The notes under the pieces: generated by a model
Told to the model about the DNA's origin: nothing
Databases searched by the model: none
The model's input: only the letters and a program-made list of their open reading frames with translations
Shown here: piece after piece, positions 1-10,091 of the stretch
How positions within the stretch are numbered: position 1 is the first letter of the stretch
Layout: every line of letters begins with the position of its first letter
Position numbers and translations under genes: made by a program
IMG/VR virus record: IMGVR_UViG_3300044608_002890
Strand: one strand, 5' to 3'
DNA length: 64,000 bases
Source: a virus

Positions 1-1
1 G

Positions 2-1426
2 TATCCGGATTGCTCCAGTGCCATTGACGAAATTGTCAGTGAAGCCATAGCAGCCGTAGATGATGAAAATCCTGTTGACATCAACCTCGACGAAATTGAT
101 CTGGACGAAGGCATCAAGAAAACCATAAGCAAAGAATTCAAAGAAGTATTGCGTTTGCTGGAATTCAACAGCAAGGGATTCGACATCTTTCGTCGTTGGT
201 ACATCGATGGCCGCCTGTATTTTCAGAAAGTCATTGACATTAAAGCACCCAAACGTGGTGTGCTAGAACTTAGACAGATCGATCCACGCAAGATTCGCAA
301 GGTTCGAAATGTCAGCAAAGAAAAGTTGCCTACAGGTGTTGAAGTCATCAAGAACATCGAAGAATTTTTCATATACAATGATAAAGGCATTCAGTTCAAT
401 GCCAACTATTTTTCCGGTGGACCCAGCCATACCAATCAGGGCATCAAGATTGCACCGGACAGCATTACCTTTGTTCCCAGTGGATTGCTGGACCTGGAAA
501 AGAACGTAGTTCTAAGCTATTTGCACAAGGCCATCAAACCCGTAAACCAGTTGAAGATGATGGAAGACGCTCTGGTCATCTATCGCCTCAGCCGTGCACC
601 GGAACGCAGAATATTCTATATTGATGTGGGTAACCTGCCCAAGATCAAGGCCGAGCAATACATGAAAGACATCATGGCTCGGTATCGCAACAAAATCATC
701 TATGACTCCAGCACCGGTGAAATACGTGATGATCGCAAAGTCATGAGCATGCTGGAAGACTTTTGGTTGCCTCGCCGCGAAGGTGGACGTGGCACAGAAA
801 TTACTACCTTGCCTGGCGGTGAAAATCTGGGCCAGATCGATGACATTAACTACTTTCAGAATAAACTTTATCAGTCTCTGAATGTACCCGTAAGTCGCAT
901 GCAATCACAGACTGGTCTGAATTTTGGTCGTGTTGCCGAAGTTACCAGAGACGAACTAAAATTTGCCAAATTTGTCAGCAGACTTCGTAAAAAGTTTAAC
1001 GATCTATTCAATGATGTGCTGAGAACACAGCTCATACTCAAGGGCATCATTACACAAGCTGACTGGGAAATCTTACAAGAAGGCATACAGTATCAGTATG
1101 CGCAGGATCAGTATTTCCAAGAACTCAAAGAAGCCGAGACCATGCGCAACCGCATCGATCTGCTCAATCAAGTACAGCCCTATGTTGGCTTTTACTTTAG
1201 CAAGAAATACGTACAGCGCAACATCTTGCGTCTAAGTGATGACGACATCGAGGACATGGACGAAGAGATTGGTGAAGAACCTCAGATGGTGGCACCTGCA
1301 GATGGTGCACCTTTACCCTCGGCTACAGCAGTGCAAGCAGCCAGCTCAGAAAACCGGCCTGCGAGCCAAATAAATACTCAGAATGAATCAGTTGCGGAGA
1401 ATGTAAAATGGATTTCAGCCAAGTAA
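2..1426 (+). CDS. gp20: Portal protein (T4 gp20), 5'-truncated by the window edge
   Basis: Frame is open from position 2 (YPDCSSAIDEIVSEA...); T4 portal motifs RRWYIDGRLYF, APERRIFYIDVGNLPK, MLEDFWLPRREGGRGTEITTLPGG; first gene of the head module. Confidence 0.97.
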   Translation, partial: YPDCSSAIDEIVSEAIAAVDDENPVDINLDEIDLDEGIKKTISKEFKEVLRLLEFNSKGFDIFRRWYIDGRLYFQKVIDIKAPKRGVLELRQIDPRKIRKVRNVSKEKLPTGVEVIKNIEEFFIYNDKGIQFNANYFSGGPSHTNQGIKIAPDSITFVPSGLLDLEKNVVLSYLHKAIKPVNQLKMMEDALVIYRLSRAPERRIFYIDVGNLPKIKAEQYMKDIMARYRNKIIYDSSTGEIRDDRKVMSMLEDFWLPRREGGRGTEITTLPGGENLGQIDDINYFQNKLYQSLNVPVSRMQSQTGLNFGRVAEVTRDELKFAKFVSRLRKKFNDLFNDVLRTQLILKGIITQADWEILQEGIQYQYAQDQYFQELKEAETMRNRIDLLNQVQPYVGFYFSKKYVQRNILRLSDDDIEDMDEEIGEEPQMVAPADGAPLPSATAVQAASSENRPASQINTQNESVAENVKWISAK

Positions 1427-1611
1427 TCGACACCATGGTCACAGACATCATGAACAATAGCAGCTCAGATGCGCGTTCTAAGTTCAATGATGTTATGGCA
1501 TCTAAACTGACCGATGCCCTTGATGCCAAAAAACAAGAACTACAACAGACGTTGTACAGAAGCGAACCCGCAGCAGCCGAACCGGAGTCCACTGAAAATG
1601 TTCCAGCTTAG
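1408..1611 (+). CDS. Small prohead core protein (gp67-like)
   Basis: 67 aa, helical with acidic tail, at the gp67 position directly after the portal. Confidence 0.55.
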   Translation: MDFSQVIDTMVTDIMNNSSSDARSKFNDVMASKLTDALDAKKQELQQTLYRSEPAAAEPESTENVPA

Positions 1612-1819
1612 AGATTTCAGACAACTACAGATTGAAAAAGAACTCGAAGGACTGGATGAGCTCTTAGAAAAGCTCAAGCCTTCGGATCCTACCAGCAAGT
1701 ATATTCACGATTTCGTTCATAGTGACAATCCAAAGTTTGCTGGCAAAAGCAAAAAGGAACGCATTCGCATGGCCTTGGGTGCCAAGTATGGCGCCATGCG
1801 CAAGATGAAACAAGGATAA
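1598..1819 (+). CDS. Small conserved head-module protein
   Basis: ATG at 1598 overlaps the previous ORF; motif HSDNPKFAGKSKKERIRMALGA resembles small proteins of T4-like head operons. Confidence 0.55.
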   Translation: MFQLRDFRQLQIEKELEGLDELLEKLKPSDPTSKYIHDFVHSDNPKFAGKSKKERIRMALGAKYGAMRKMKQG

Positions 1820-1823
1820 AAAA

Positions 1824-2219
1824 ATGCCTCAGCACATCCTAAAAAAGGTCAGACAACAGGCCGTAGTACAGTACATAGGTTCAGGTTCTAGTACTGTGGA
1901 CCTAGCAGCCTTGGCCTTGGCTGATGAAACTTTCGATAGAGCCAACAGTAAAGTAACTCTGGCCCATGTATATTTTAACTTTGTAACCGCAGGCAACATA
2001 CAAAGAGCCGATGGTACAACCATTCTAGAAGTTGGTGCAGGTGCTCTGGATAACTGGGACATGAGCCAGCAAGGCGGATTTGTACTAAGCCAAAGTGCCA
2101 ACACCAATGTCATTGTTAACATGGGTGCTAGTGCTGGTACTGTCATACTTACCCTGCATAAATCTGCAGGCTATGCTGAGCCAGATAATCAATCCAGAAC
2201 AACCGCCAATAAGTGGTAA
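1824..2219 (+). CDS. Hypothetical head-module protein (gp68 position)
   Basis: 131-aa ORF packed between the portal and prohead protease genes. Confidence 0.55.
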   Translation: MPQHILKKVRQQAVVQYIGSGSSTVDLAALALADETFDRANSKVTLAHVYFNFVTAGNIQRADGTTILEVGAGALDNWDMSQQGGFVLSQSANTNVIVNMGASAGTVILTLHKSAGYAEPDNQSRTTANKW

Positions 2220-2222
2220 GCC

Positions 2223-2873
2223 ATGAAACTAATCAGAGAAAGTACTCAGGAACTGCAGTACATTACCGAAGATGCCAAAAGTGGCGGCAAAAGCTACTTC
2301 ATCGAAGGTATCTTCATGCAGTCCGATCAACAGAACAGAAATGGTCGAGTATATCCTTACTCGGTCATGGAAAAAGAGCTCCAGCGTTATCAGAACATGA
2401 TAGCCGAAAAGCGAAGCTTGGGTGAATTAGGACATCCTGACAACCCTAGCATAAACTTAAATCAGGTAAGCCACCTGATCACCAGCCTAAAATTCGAAGG
2501 CAAGGACGTCATAGGTCGTGCTAAGATTTTAGAAACACCCATGGGCAAGATTGCCCGCAACTTTATTGATGAGGGTGTGCGCCTTGGTGTTAGCAGTCGT
2601 GGACTAGGTAGTCTCAAAGAGAACAGGGATGGCATCATGGAAGTGCAGGATGATTTTCATCTTGCTACTGTAGACATTGTTGCTGATCCTAGTGCTCCAG
2701 ATGCCTTTGTTGCTGGCATCATGGAAGGCAAGGAATGGATTCTGGAAAATGGTCGTTGGACCAGCGTGCAGGTAGAAAAAGCACAGGCGACCATTAAAAA
2801 AGCATCCAAGGCAGCATTGGACGAAACCAAGATTAAAATCTGGGAACAGTTCATGGCAGGCCTTTCAAGGTAA
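2223..2873 (+). CDS. gp21: Prohead core protease (T4 gp21)
   Basis: Motifs FIEGIFMQ, NRNGRVYP, LGELGHP, GVSSRGLGS, VDIVADPSAPDAFV. Confidence 0.96.
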   Translation: MKLIRESTQELQYITEDAKSGGKSYFIEGIFMQSDQQNRNGRVYPYSVMEKELQRYQNMIAEKRSLGELGHPDNPSINLNQVSHLITSLKFEGKDVIGRAKILETPMGKIARNFIDEGVRLGVSSRGLGSLKENRDGIMEVQDDFHLATVDIVADPSAPDAFVAGIMEGKEWILENGRWTSVQVEKAQATIKKASKAALDETKIKIWEQFMAGLSR

Positions 2874-2880
2874 TCATTCT

Positions 2881-2888
2881 TATAAATA
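2881..2888 (+). promoter_or_regulatory. T4-type late promoter TATAAATA upstream of gp22
   Basis: Exact gp55 consensus in the intergenic gap. Confidence 0.8.
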
Positions 2889-2921
2889 AACAATAGCAAA
2901 AAATCATTTAGGAGACTCTAA

Positions 2922-4079
2922 ATGTCGGTAGATAGTAAAATTAAACAGTTGCTGGAGCGTCTAGAGGCTCGCAAACTTGATGAGGCCGAAACCATGGGTG
3001 CCGGAAGCGTTACCAAGGACAGCACAATGAAGACTCAAGTATCAGGCGATGCAACTAACCCCATGCAAGGTTCTAGCGAAAAGGCTAGCTTTGAAACCAG
3101 GGATGAAAAAGAGCCCAATCAAGGTGCCGTTGCTGCTAAGCCACTGGGCATGAAGAATACACTTACGGCTCAGGGACCTGGCCAAGCTCCTAACTTTACA
3201 ACAGTTGCCAATCAGCCAGCCAATGCGGTGAATCAATCCACCAGTAAGGGCAATGTTCATCAGGAAGAAACCGAAGTAGAAGCTGATCTCGTCGAAGAAA
3301 TTACCGACGATGAAGTAGCTGCTAGCGCCGAAACAGCTGAGCCAACCCAGGTACAGGCCATCGACCTTAGCCCAATCTTTGGTGCTGATCTTAGCGAAGA
3401 ATTCAGAGAAAAAGCAACCAGCATTTTTGAAGCTGCTGTTGTTGCTCGTGTAAACCACGAAATGGAAAAAATCAATGCAGCCCTCGATGAGAAGTTTGCC
3501 GAGGATGTAGCTGAATTCCAGAAACAAATCGTGGAAAAAGTAGATTCCTACCTCAACTATGTGGTAGAAAATTGGATGAAGGAAAACGAAGTTGCGATTG
3601 AACAAGGTCTCCGCACCGAAATCGCCGAGGACTTTATCCAAGGTCTCCAGGTACTATTCAAAGAACACTATATTGAAGTGCCTGAAGAAAAATATGATGT
3701 ACTAGGTGAACTAGAAGCAACAGCATTGGAACTTCAGACTCAAGTAGACGAAGTCATGAACGAAAATGTTGAGCTCAAACAACAGGTTGTTGAGATGCAA
3801 CGCCTGGCTGTTATTGCCGAGATGAGCAAAGATCTCGCCGACACCGAAAAGTCAAAGCTGAACAAGCTCTTGGAAGGTGTTCAATTCGAAGATGAGCAGT
3901 TATTCAAAGACAAAGTAAATGTCATCAAAGAAAATTACTTTCCTAAGAATGCACCTGCTGCAGCATCGTCAGTTCAGAATCTGGTCGAAGACGCTTCACA
4001 AGCACCGGCCAACATGAGTGCTGATAGTGTTGTAAACCAGTATGCTCAGGCTCTCTCAAGAACCGTCAAGAAAAAGTAA
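2922..4079 (+). CDS. gp22: Prohead core scaffolding protein (T4 gp22)
   Basis: Acidic coiled coil; motifs EFREKATSIFEAAV, VDSYLNYVVENWMKEN, LFKEHYIEVPEEK, IKENYF; between gp21 and gp23. Confidence 0.93.
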   Translation: MSVDSKIKQLLERLEARKLDEAETMGAGSVTKDSTMKTQVSGDATNPMQGSSEKASFETRDEKEPNQGAVAAKPLGMKNTLTAQGPGQAPNFTTVANQPANAVNQSTSKGNVHQEETEVEADLVEEITDDEVAASAETAEPTQVQAIDLSPIFGADLSEEFREKATSIFEAAVVARVNHEMEKINAALDEKFAEDVAEFQKQIVEKVDSYLNYVVENWMKENEVAIEQGLRTEIAEDFIQGLQVLFKEHYIEVPEEKYDVLGELEATALELQTQVDEVMNENVELKQQVVEMQRLAVIAEMSKDLADTEKSKLNKLLEGVQFEDEQLFKDKVNVIKENYFPKNAPAAASSVQNLVEDASQAPANMSADSVVNQYAQALSRTVKKK

Positions 4080-4115
4080 GTAATAAATATTACAAAGATC
4101 CTTTAGGAGACCTTA

Positions 4116-5414
4116 ATGTTTTTGTCCGAACAACTTCAAAGCAAATGGGCACAGATTCTGGACCATCCAGATCTCCCCGAAATCAAAGACAGCTATAAGC
4201 GTCAAGTAACCAGTGTTCTTCTTGAGAACCAAGAAAAAGCACTGCGTGAAGAGCGTAGCTCAATGTTGACCGAAACTCCTGCTAACAGCATTGGTGACGG
4301 TACAGTTGGTGTTGCCAAGTATGACCCCATCCTTATTGGATTGGTTCGTCGTGCCATGCCTAACCTCATGGCCTATGACATCTGCGGTGTTCAGCCCATG
4401 ACTGGTCCTACGGGCCTGATTTTTGCAATGCGTGCCATGTATGGTTCAAACCGTACAGCCACCGACCGTGGTCAGTACGAAGCACTGTACAACGAAGCCG
4501 ACACCGACTTCAGTGGTGACGCAACTAGCACCCACAGTGGTTCTATTAGCAACATCCTGGCAACTGGCAGCTATACCACTGGTACAGCTAATAGCACAGC
4601 CAACATGGAAGCTGCTCAAGACTACAATGAAATGTCTTTTGCAATTGACAAGACAACTGTTACTGCCAAGAGCCGTGCGCTTAAAGCAGAATACACAGTT
4701 GAACTTGCTCAGGACCTGAAAGCCATTCATGGTTTGGATGCTGAGGCTGAGCTAAGCAACATCCTTAGCCAAGAGTTCATGTTTGAGATCAACCGCGAAG
4801 TAGTTCGTTTGATCTACAAAGTAGCCAAAATTGGTAGCCCAGCTACTGCAGCTCCTGGTACTTTTGACCTTGACGTTGATTCCAACGGTCGTTGGAGCGT
4901 AGAGCGTTTCAAAGGTCTGTTGTTCAACATTGAGCGTGATGCCAACCATATTGCCCAAGACACACGTCGTGGCAAAGGTAACATCATTGTTTGCTCTGCA
5001 GACGTAGCTAGCGCCCTGGCCATGGCTGGTGTGCTTGATTATGCTCCTGCACTGAGCACCAACCTCACAGTTGACGATACAGGCAATACTTTTGCTGGTG
5101 TATTGAACGGTCGTTTCCGTGTATACATCGACCCATATACTGGCAACCTTGGTGCTGCTAACCAGTTTTACATGGTAGGTTATAAGGGTGCAAGTCCTTA
5201 TGACGCTGGTATTTTCTATTGCCCATACGTGCCTCTGCAAATGGTTCGTGCCATCGATCCTAACAGCTTCCAGCCAAAGATTGGCTTCAAGACTCGTTAC
5301 GGTCTAATCGCTAACCCATATGTAACTGCTGCTAACGGTGCTAACGATGCAGATAGCTTCACCGCTAACCGCAATCAGTACTATCGCAAGACCCGTGTTG
5401 TAAACCTCATGTAA
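4116..5414 (+). CDS. gp23: Major capsid protein (T4 gp23)
   Basis: Motifs LVRRAMPNLMAYDICGVQPMTGPTGLIFAMR, KSRALKAEYT, EINREV, FYCPYVPLQM, FQPKIGFKTRYG. Confidence 0.98.
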   Translation: MFLSEQLQSKWAQILDHPDLPEIKDSYKRQVTSVLLENQEKALREERSSMLTETPANSIGDGTVGVAKYDPILIGLVRRAMPNLMAYDICGVQPMTGPTGLIFAMRAMYGSNRTATDRGQYEALYNEADTDFSGDATSTHSGSISNILATGSYTTGTANSTANMEAAQDYNEMSFAIDKTTVTAKSRALKAEYTVELAQDLKAIHGLDAEAELSNILSQEFMFEINREVVRLIYKVAKIGSPATAAPGTFDLDVDSNGRWSVERFKGLLFNIERDANHIAQDTRRGKGNIIVCSADVASALAMAGVLDYAPALSTNLTVDDTGNTFAGVLNGRFRVYIDPYTGNLGAANQFYMVGYKGASPYDAGIFYCPYVPLQMVRAIDPNSFQPKIGFKTRYGLIANPYVTAANGANDADSFTANRNQYYRKTRVVNLM

Positions 5415-5464
5415 TAAAGTTGGTCTTGCGGGACCGACTATGAAGTCGACACAGATCGACGATT

Positions 5465-5489
5465 GGGGCGCTTAGGCGCCCCTTTTTTT
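5465..5489 (+). terminator. Rho-independent terminator after gp23
   Basis: GGGGCGC-TTAG-GCGCCCC followed by T7. Confidence 0.9.
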
Positions 5490-5492
5490 CAA

Positions 5493-5500
5493 TATAAATA
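5493..5500 (+). promoter_or_regulatory. T4-type late promoter TATAAATA
   Basis: Exact consensus just after the terminator, upstream of the methyltransferase-gp3 unit. Confidence 0.8.
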
Positions 5501-5524
5501 TTGATATTACATTAGGAGATTTTT

Positions 5525-6181
5525 ATGCTATGGCGTAATGATTTGGTAAAAGATATAAGATTTCATGATTCAGATGATGATGTTGATGAACCCCTACGTG
5601 CAAGAATGAATGTATCTTGGAATATTCCGCCCGATCAGGCTGGACCATATTCGCACTTTACATTGGATAATCACAGAGCTTTGCAGTTTTCCATAGATAA
5701 CTTCAAACAACGAACTGGCAGACCTCTTAGAACAATTTTAGAAATTGGTGTTGGTATAAAGTTTTTCATGGATCATGGATCAGCATCTACTTCGACTCTT
5801 TTGAAAAACCTAGATGCTGATGGTAAGTATTTGGGTATCGATATTCAAGATTCAAGTCATGTGCATGATCCCAACAAGGGGATTCATACCATGATTGTTA
5901 GGTCTGAAGACATAGCAACAGTTCGTAAAAAAATGCTAGAAATTGGTATCAATGAAATTGATTATTTGTTTATTGATGGATGGCACAGTATTAATCAGGT
6001 TTTAAAAGAATGGGAATATACACAATTCCTTAGTCCTGGCGCTGTAGTCGGCTGGCACGATACCAAGGCTCATCCTGGACCATATTTGTTTTTGCGAAAT
6101 CTAGATAAAAACAAATGGGTGTCCTATGAAAACCTATGCCCAAACGACTATGGATTTGGATACTGCTATAGAAAGAATTAA
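5525..6181 (+). CDS. Class I SAM-dependent methyltransferase (Methyltransf_24-like)
   Basis: LEIGVG motif I, YLGIDI, FIDGWHS, PGAVVGWHDT. Confidence 0.8.
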   Translation: MLWRNDLVKDIRFHDSDDDVDEPLRARMNVSWNIPPDQAGPYSHFTLDNHRALQFSIDNFKQRTGRPLRTILEIGVGIKFFMDHGSASTSTLLKNLDADGKYLGIDIQDSSHVHDPNKGIHTMIVRSEDIATVRKKMLEIGINEIDYLFIDGWHSINQVLKEWEYTQFLSPGAVVGWHDTKAHPGPYLFLRNLDKNKWVSYENLCPNDYGFGYCYRKN

Positions 6182-6750
6182 TGTACACAAGCAACGCCAC
6201 AATAATCAAAGAAAATTGGACACGCACACGTCCAAGTACGGTCAATTTCCTTAGACCGAATAGTTTTCTATTCAGCATCAAAGATTTGCCCAATACCAAT
6301 TTTACATGTCAGAGTGCTAACCTACCGGCCTTGAATTTAGGCTTTGCAGTTCAATCGACACCTTTTACGGACTTGCCTAGAATAGGCGATAAGATAAATT
6401 TTGGAGAATTTACTGTTCGTTTCATCATAACCGAAGACATGGGCAATTATCTTGAGCTCTATCGTTGGCTCATAGCTCTTGGTTTTCCCTATGACTTCAA
6501 CCAATTTGGTAGTTTTGTTCAATCGCGTCGCGACATCTTCCCATTCAATACTGGTGATGGTGGAGCCTATAGTGACGGTACTTTGACCATACTAAATAGT
6601 AGTAACCTACCACAGACCAGAATTTTGTTCAGGGATTTATTCCCTATTAGCCTAGAAGCACTTGACTTCGATGTCACAGGTGCTACACTAGAGTATTTTA
6701 CTGCCATTGCATCATTCAAATATAAGTATTTTGATGTAGAGGTTCTTTAG
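6181..6750 (+). CDS. gp3: Tail completion / sheath stabilizer (T4 gp3-like)
   Basis: NFLRPNSFLF..LP..NFTCQSANLP, FIITEDMGNYLELYRWL, FKYKYF; upstream of uvsY/uvsW as in T4-like phages. Confidence 0.82.
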   Translation: MYTSNATIIKENWTRTRPSTVNFLRPNSFLFSIKDLPNTNFTCQSANLPALNLGFAVQSTPFTDLPRIGDKINFGEFTVRFIITEDMGNYLELYRWLIALGFPYDFNQFGSFVQSRRDIFPFNTGDGGAYSDGTLTILNSSNLPQTRILFRDLFPISLEALDFDVTGATLEYFTAIASFKYKYFDVEVL

Positions 6751-6772
6751 TTATTTTTGAATTGGAGATATT

Positions 6773-7696
6773 ATGTCTGATCAAGTTCCTACCTCTGTCC
6801 CGCCAGTAGAGGTAAGTAGTTTCCCACCAGGTTTTACGCCTGAAGAATTCAAACAAGCCACACCACAACTCCCCCCGGCCCCAGGTCAAAATACCATTCA
6901 GGTCAATATTGGTGATCTACAGAAAGAGCGTATCTTCGTAGCAACTCCTTGTTATGGTGGTGCTTTGACCGAACCCTACTTCCGTAGTACGGTAAAATTG
7001 TTGACTTTCTGCAATCAACATAAAATTCCCCTGGCTTTTGGTACCATTGCCAACGAGAGTCTGGTGACTCGTGCTCGTAATGTTTTGGTTGCATATTTCC
7101 TGCAGTCTAACTTTACCAAGCTCTTGTTCATTGATGCTGATATCGAATATCAGATCGAAGATGTCATCAAGCTCATGTATCACGACAAAGATATTGTTGT
7201 TGGTGCCTATCCCAAGAAAGGCGTCAACTGGCAGCGCATCAAGGAAGCTGTATCAGACCAGAAAGATGTACGGCACGATGATCGTCAAATTGCTGCTTTT
7301 GGTTCGGATTATGCCATCAACTTTCAGTTTGTAAATCGTGATCTTAAACAGATTGCCATTGAGCGTGGACTCATTAAATTGCATGATGCTGGAACAGGTT
7401 TCATGATGATCAAACGTACAGCCATTGACAAGATGATAGCTGCATATCCTGAACTCAAATACAACAACGACCTCAACATCGGTCAGGATTTGAATGACAT
7501 GTTCTATGCGTTGTTCGATACCATGATTGATCCCAAGGATCGCCGTTATCTGAGTGAGGACTATACATTCTGTCGTCGTTGGCAGAGCATGGGTGGTGAT
7601 ATTTGGTTGGATCCTAGCATCAGTCTTAACCATTATGGCAGCTTCTGCTTCCAGGGCAATCCTGCTCAGATCATTAACTTTGGTCCGCAGTCATAA
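6773..7696 (+). CDS. GT-A-fold glycosyltransferase-like protein
   Basis: FVATPCYGG, ESLVTRARN, DxD motif FIDADI, AGTGFMMIKR, YLSEDYTFCRRW, LNHYG. Confidence 0.75.
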   Translation: MSDQVPTSVPPVEVSSFPPGFTPEEFKQATPQLPPAPGQNTIQVNIGDLQKERIFVATPCYGGALTEPYFRSTVKLLTFCNQHKIPLAFGTIANESLVTRARNVLVAYFLQSNFTKLLFIDADIEYQIEDVIKLMYHDKDIVVGAYPKKGVNWQRIKEAVSDQKDVRHDDRQIAAFGSDYAINFQFVNRDLKQIAIERGLIKLHDAGTGFMMIKRTAIDKMIAAYPELKYNNDLNIGQDLNDMFYALFDTMIDPKDRRYLSEDYTFCRRWQSMGGDIWLDPSISLNHYGSFCFQGNPAQIINFGPQS

Positions 7697-7711
7697 TTTT
7701 GCTTTTTTGTT

Positions 7712-8152
7712 ATGAAACTCAGTGAACTCCAGGATGCCTGGTCCCAAGATAGTCGCATTGACGAAACCAATTTAGGTCGCGAAGCAGTTCGTACACCACA
7801 ACTGCATGCCAAGTACCTAAATTGGCTGGGCAGCGCCAGGCTCAATCTCCGCAAAGCCGAAAGTGACTACCTAAATCTTCGTAGAAAAAAGTATAAGTAT
7901 TACAGAGGTGAAATGACTCGTGAAGAGCTGGCTGCCGAAGAATGGCAGCAGTTTCAGGGCAACAAACCGCTCAAGAACGAAATGGATGAGATCCTAACCA
8001 CCGATGCCGATCTCATTGCTCTGGAAGACAAGGTAGAATATTTTAAAACTGTTCTGAATCAACTAGAACAAATTGTGCGCAGCATCAACAGTCGAACCTG
8101 GGACGTTAAAAACAGCATAGAATGGCATAAGTTTACCAATGGCATGATCTAA
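7712..8152 (+). CDS. uvsY: Recombination mediator UvsY
   Basis: PQLHAKYL, KYKYYRG, INSRTWDVKNSIEW; directly before uvsW. Confidence 0.92.
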   Translation: MKLSELQDAWSQDSRIDETNLGREAVRTPQLHAKYLNWLGSARLNLRKAESDYLNLRRKKYKYYRGEMTREELAAEEWQQFQGNKPLKNEMDEILTTDADLIALEDKVEYFKTVLNQLEQIVRSINSRTWDVKNSIEWHKFTNGMI

Positions 8153-9630
8153 TGATTCGAGTTCGACAAAAAGACGCAGTCTACATACAAATCGATACAG
8201 ACCCAGGCATTAGCCAAGAGCTAAATGATCATTTCAGTTTCGAAGTACCTGGAGCAAAATTTCATCCCCTGTACAAGTCCAGAATGTGGGATGGACGTGT
8301 TCGATTGTTTAGTATGTTTACTCGCGAGCTTTATGTGGGTCTTCTGCCCTATGTCAGAAAATTCTGCAAGGAAAGAGACTATGAACTCGATGAATCCGAA
8401 CTTATTATTCCAACAGACGCTCCTAGTCGTGAAGAAGTTGAAGAATTTTGTCGTGGCCTAAATCTTGGTTCCCGTGGATCCACTCTGGACATACGAGACT
8501 ATCAGATCGATGCAGTGTGGATGGCTCTTAGTGAAGGTCGGAAACTCTTGCTCAGTCCTACAGGGTCGGGCAAGAGTCTGATCATCTATAGTCTGATGCG
8601 TTGGAATCTAGAACGTAATCGCAATCAACTTATCATTGTTCCAACTACCAGTCTGGTAGAACAGTTATTTGCTGACTTTCAGGACTATAGTTGCCTGAAC
8701 AATTTCAAAGTTCCAGATCATGTCTATAGAATCTATGCTGGACATGAACGTTCTAATCTTTATCCTGTGGTGATCAGTACCTGGCAGAGCCTCTACAAAT
8801 TACCCAAGGCATTCTTTGCACCCTTCCATTGTGTGTATGGTGATGAGGCGCATTTATTCAAAGCCAAAAGCCTTAGCAACATCATGCACAAGTGTGTGAA
8901 TGCCCACCATAGATTTGGTACTACGGGTACATTGGATGGTTCTAAAACTCATAAACTGGTGCTAGAAGGTTTGTTCAATCCAGTCTATAAGGTCACCACC
9001 ACCAAAAAGCTCATGGACAACCAACAGTTGGCTGAGCTAAAAATCTACAACATCATTCTAGAATATCCCGATGACGTTCGAAAGGCTGTCAAAGACCACA
9101 GCTATCAGGAAGAAATGGATTTCATAGTCCAACACGAACGTCGTAATCGGTTTATTCGTAACCTGGCTCTGGATCAAAAGGGCAATACTCTGGTATTGTT
9201 TCAGTTCGTAGAAAAACATGGCAACATACTCTATGACATGATTGCAGGCAAGGCCGATGCCAACCGTATGATAAAATTTGTCTATGGTGGTACCGAAACC
9301 GAACAAAGAGAACAGGTACGGCAATTGACAGAAACTGCGTCGGATGCCATAATAGTAGCAAGTTTTGGGACCTTTAGCACGGGAATAAATATTCGTAACC
9401 TGCATAATATTATCTTTGCCAGCCCTAGCAAGAGTCGTATCCGAAACCTCCAGAGCATTGGTCGTGGTCTGAGAACCAGTGAGAGCAAGACCAGTTGCAA
9501 CCTATATGACATCGCCGACGACCTAAGTTGGAAGTCTCGTAAAAACTATACATTATTACATATGATTGAACGAATTCGCATATACAACGAAGAATCCTTC
9601 GACTATAATCTAGTAAAGGTGCAACTATGA
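8152..9630 (+). CDS. uvsW: SF2 DNA helicase UvsW
   Basis: RDYQ, SPTGSGKS, DEAH, GTTGT, SPSKSRIRNLQSIGRGLR. Confidence 0.96.
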   Translation: MIRVRQKDAVYIQIDTDPGISQELNDHFSFEVPGAKFHPLYKSRMWDGRVRLFSMFTRELYVGLLPYVRKFCKERDYELDESELIIPTDAPSREEVEEFCRGLNLGSRGSTLDIRDYQIDAVWMALSEGRKLLLSPTGSGKSLIIYSLMRWNLERNRNQLIIVPTTSLVEQLFADFQDYSCLNNFKVPDHVYRIYAGHERSNLYPVVISTWQSLYKLPKAFFAPFHCVYGDEAHLFKAKSLSNIMHKCVNAHHRFGTTGTLDGSKTHKLVLEGLFNPVYKVTTTKKLMDNQQLAELKIYNIILEYPDDVRKAVKDHSYQEEMDFIVQHERRNRFIRNLALDQKGNTLVLFQFVEKHGNILYDMIAGKADANRMIKFVYGGTETEQREQVRQLTETASDAIIVASFGTFSTGINIRNLHNIIFASPSKSRIRNLQSIGRGLRTSESKTSCNLYDIADDLSWKSRKNYTLLHMIERIRIYNEESFDYNLVKVQL

Positions 9631-10091
9631 CACAACCATCATCGTTGTTCTGCAAATACATCAAATTCTCCAATGGCGACAACATTGTGTGTCTGACCGA
9701 TGATAACTGCGATGATCTTGGAAATTTACGCAGCATCGTAGTCATGGAACCCATGAGCGTTGTTCCCATACGCATACCTAGATTTGGTAAACTCATGGAA
9801 ACCTATGTATTGCATCCCTGGTTGCCCTTGACTGATGAGAAGGTAGTTGAAATAAGCACTGGCAGCATCATCAGTGCTGTTGAAGCTCGTAATTCTTTCA
9901 GGGAACAATACGAGCAATTCATAGAACAACAAAACCAATCTCCGGACATTGAAGAAAATCAAGAACTTGAAATCGAAGAAGACCTATCACGCGCACAAGA
10001 ACTTTTGAAAACACTTGCCACAACCGAACACGAGGAAGATGATGACAACGACGACGGACACTGGAATCCAACCAGTAGAACCCTCCACTAA
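9627..10091 (+). CDS. Conserved hypothetical protein between uvsW and gp55
   Basis: ATGA overlap with uvsW; IKFSNGDNIVC...HPWLP pattern typical of this syntenic slot. Confidence 0.65.
   Translation: MTQPSSLFCKYIKFSNGDNIVCLTDDNCDDLGNLRSIVVMEPMSVVPIRIPRFGKLMETYVLHPWLPLTDEKVVEISTGSIISAVEARNSFREQYEQFIEQQNQSPDIEENQELEIEEDLSRAQELLKTLATTEHEEDDDNDDGHWNPTSRTLH

Noticed and set aside
5418-5460. Separate ncRNA after gp23
   Set aside because: Two short hairpins before the terminator are adequately explained as 3' UTR stabilising structure
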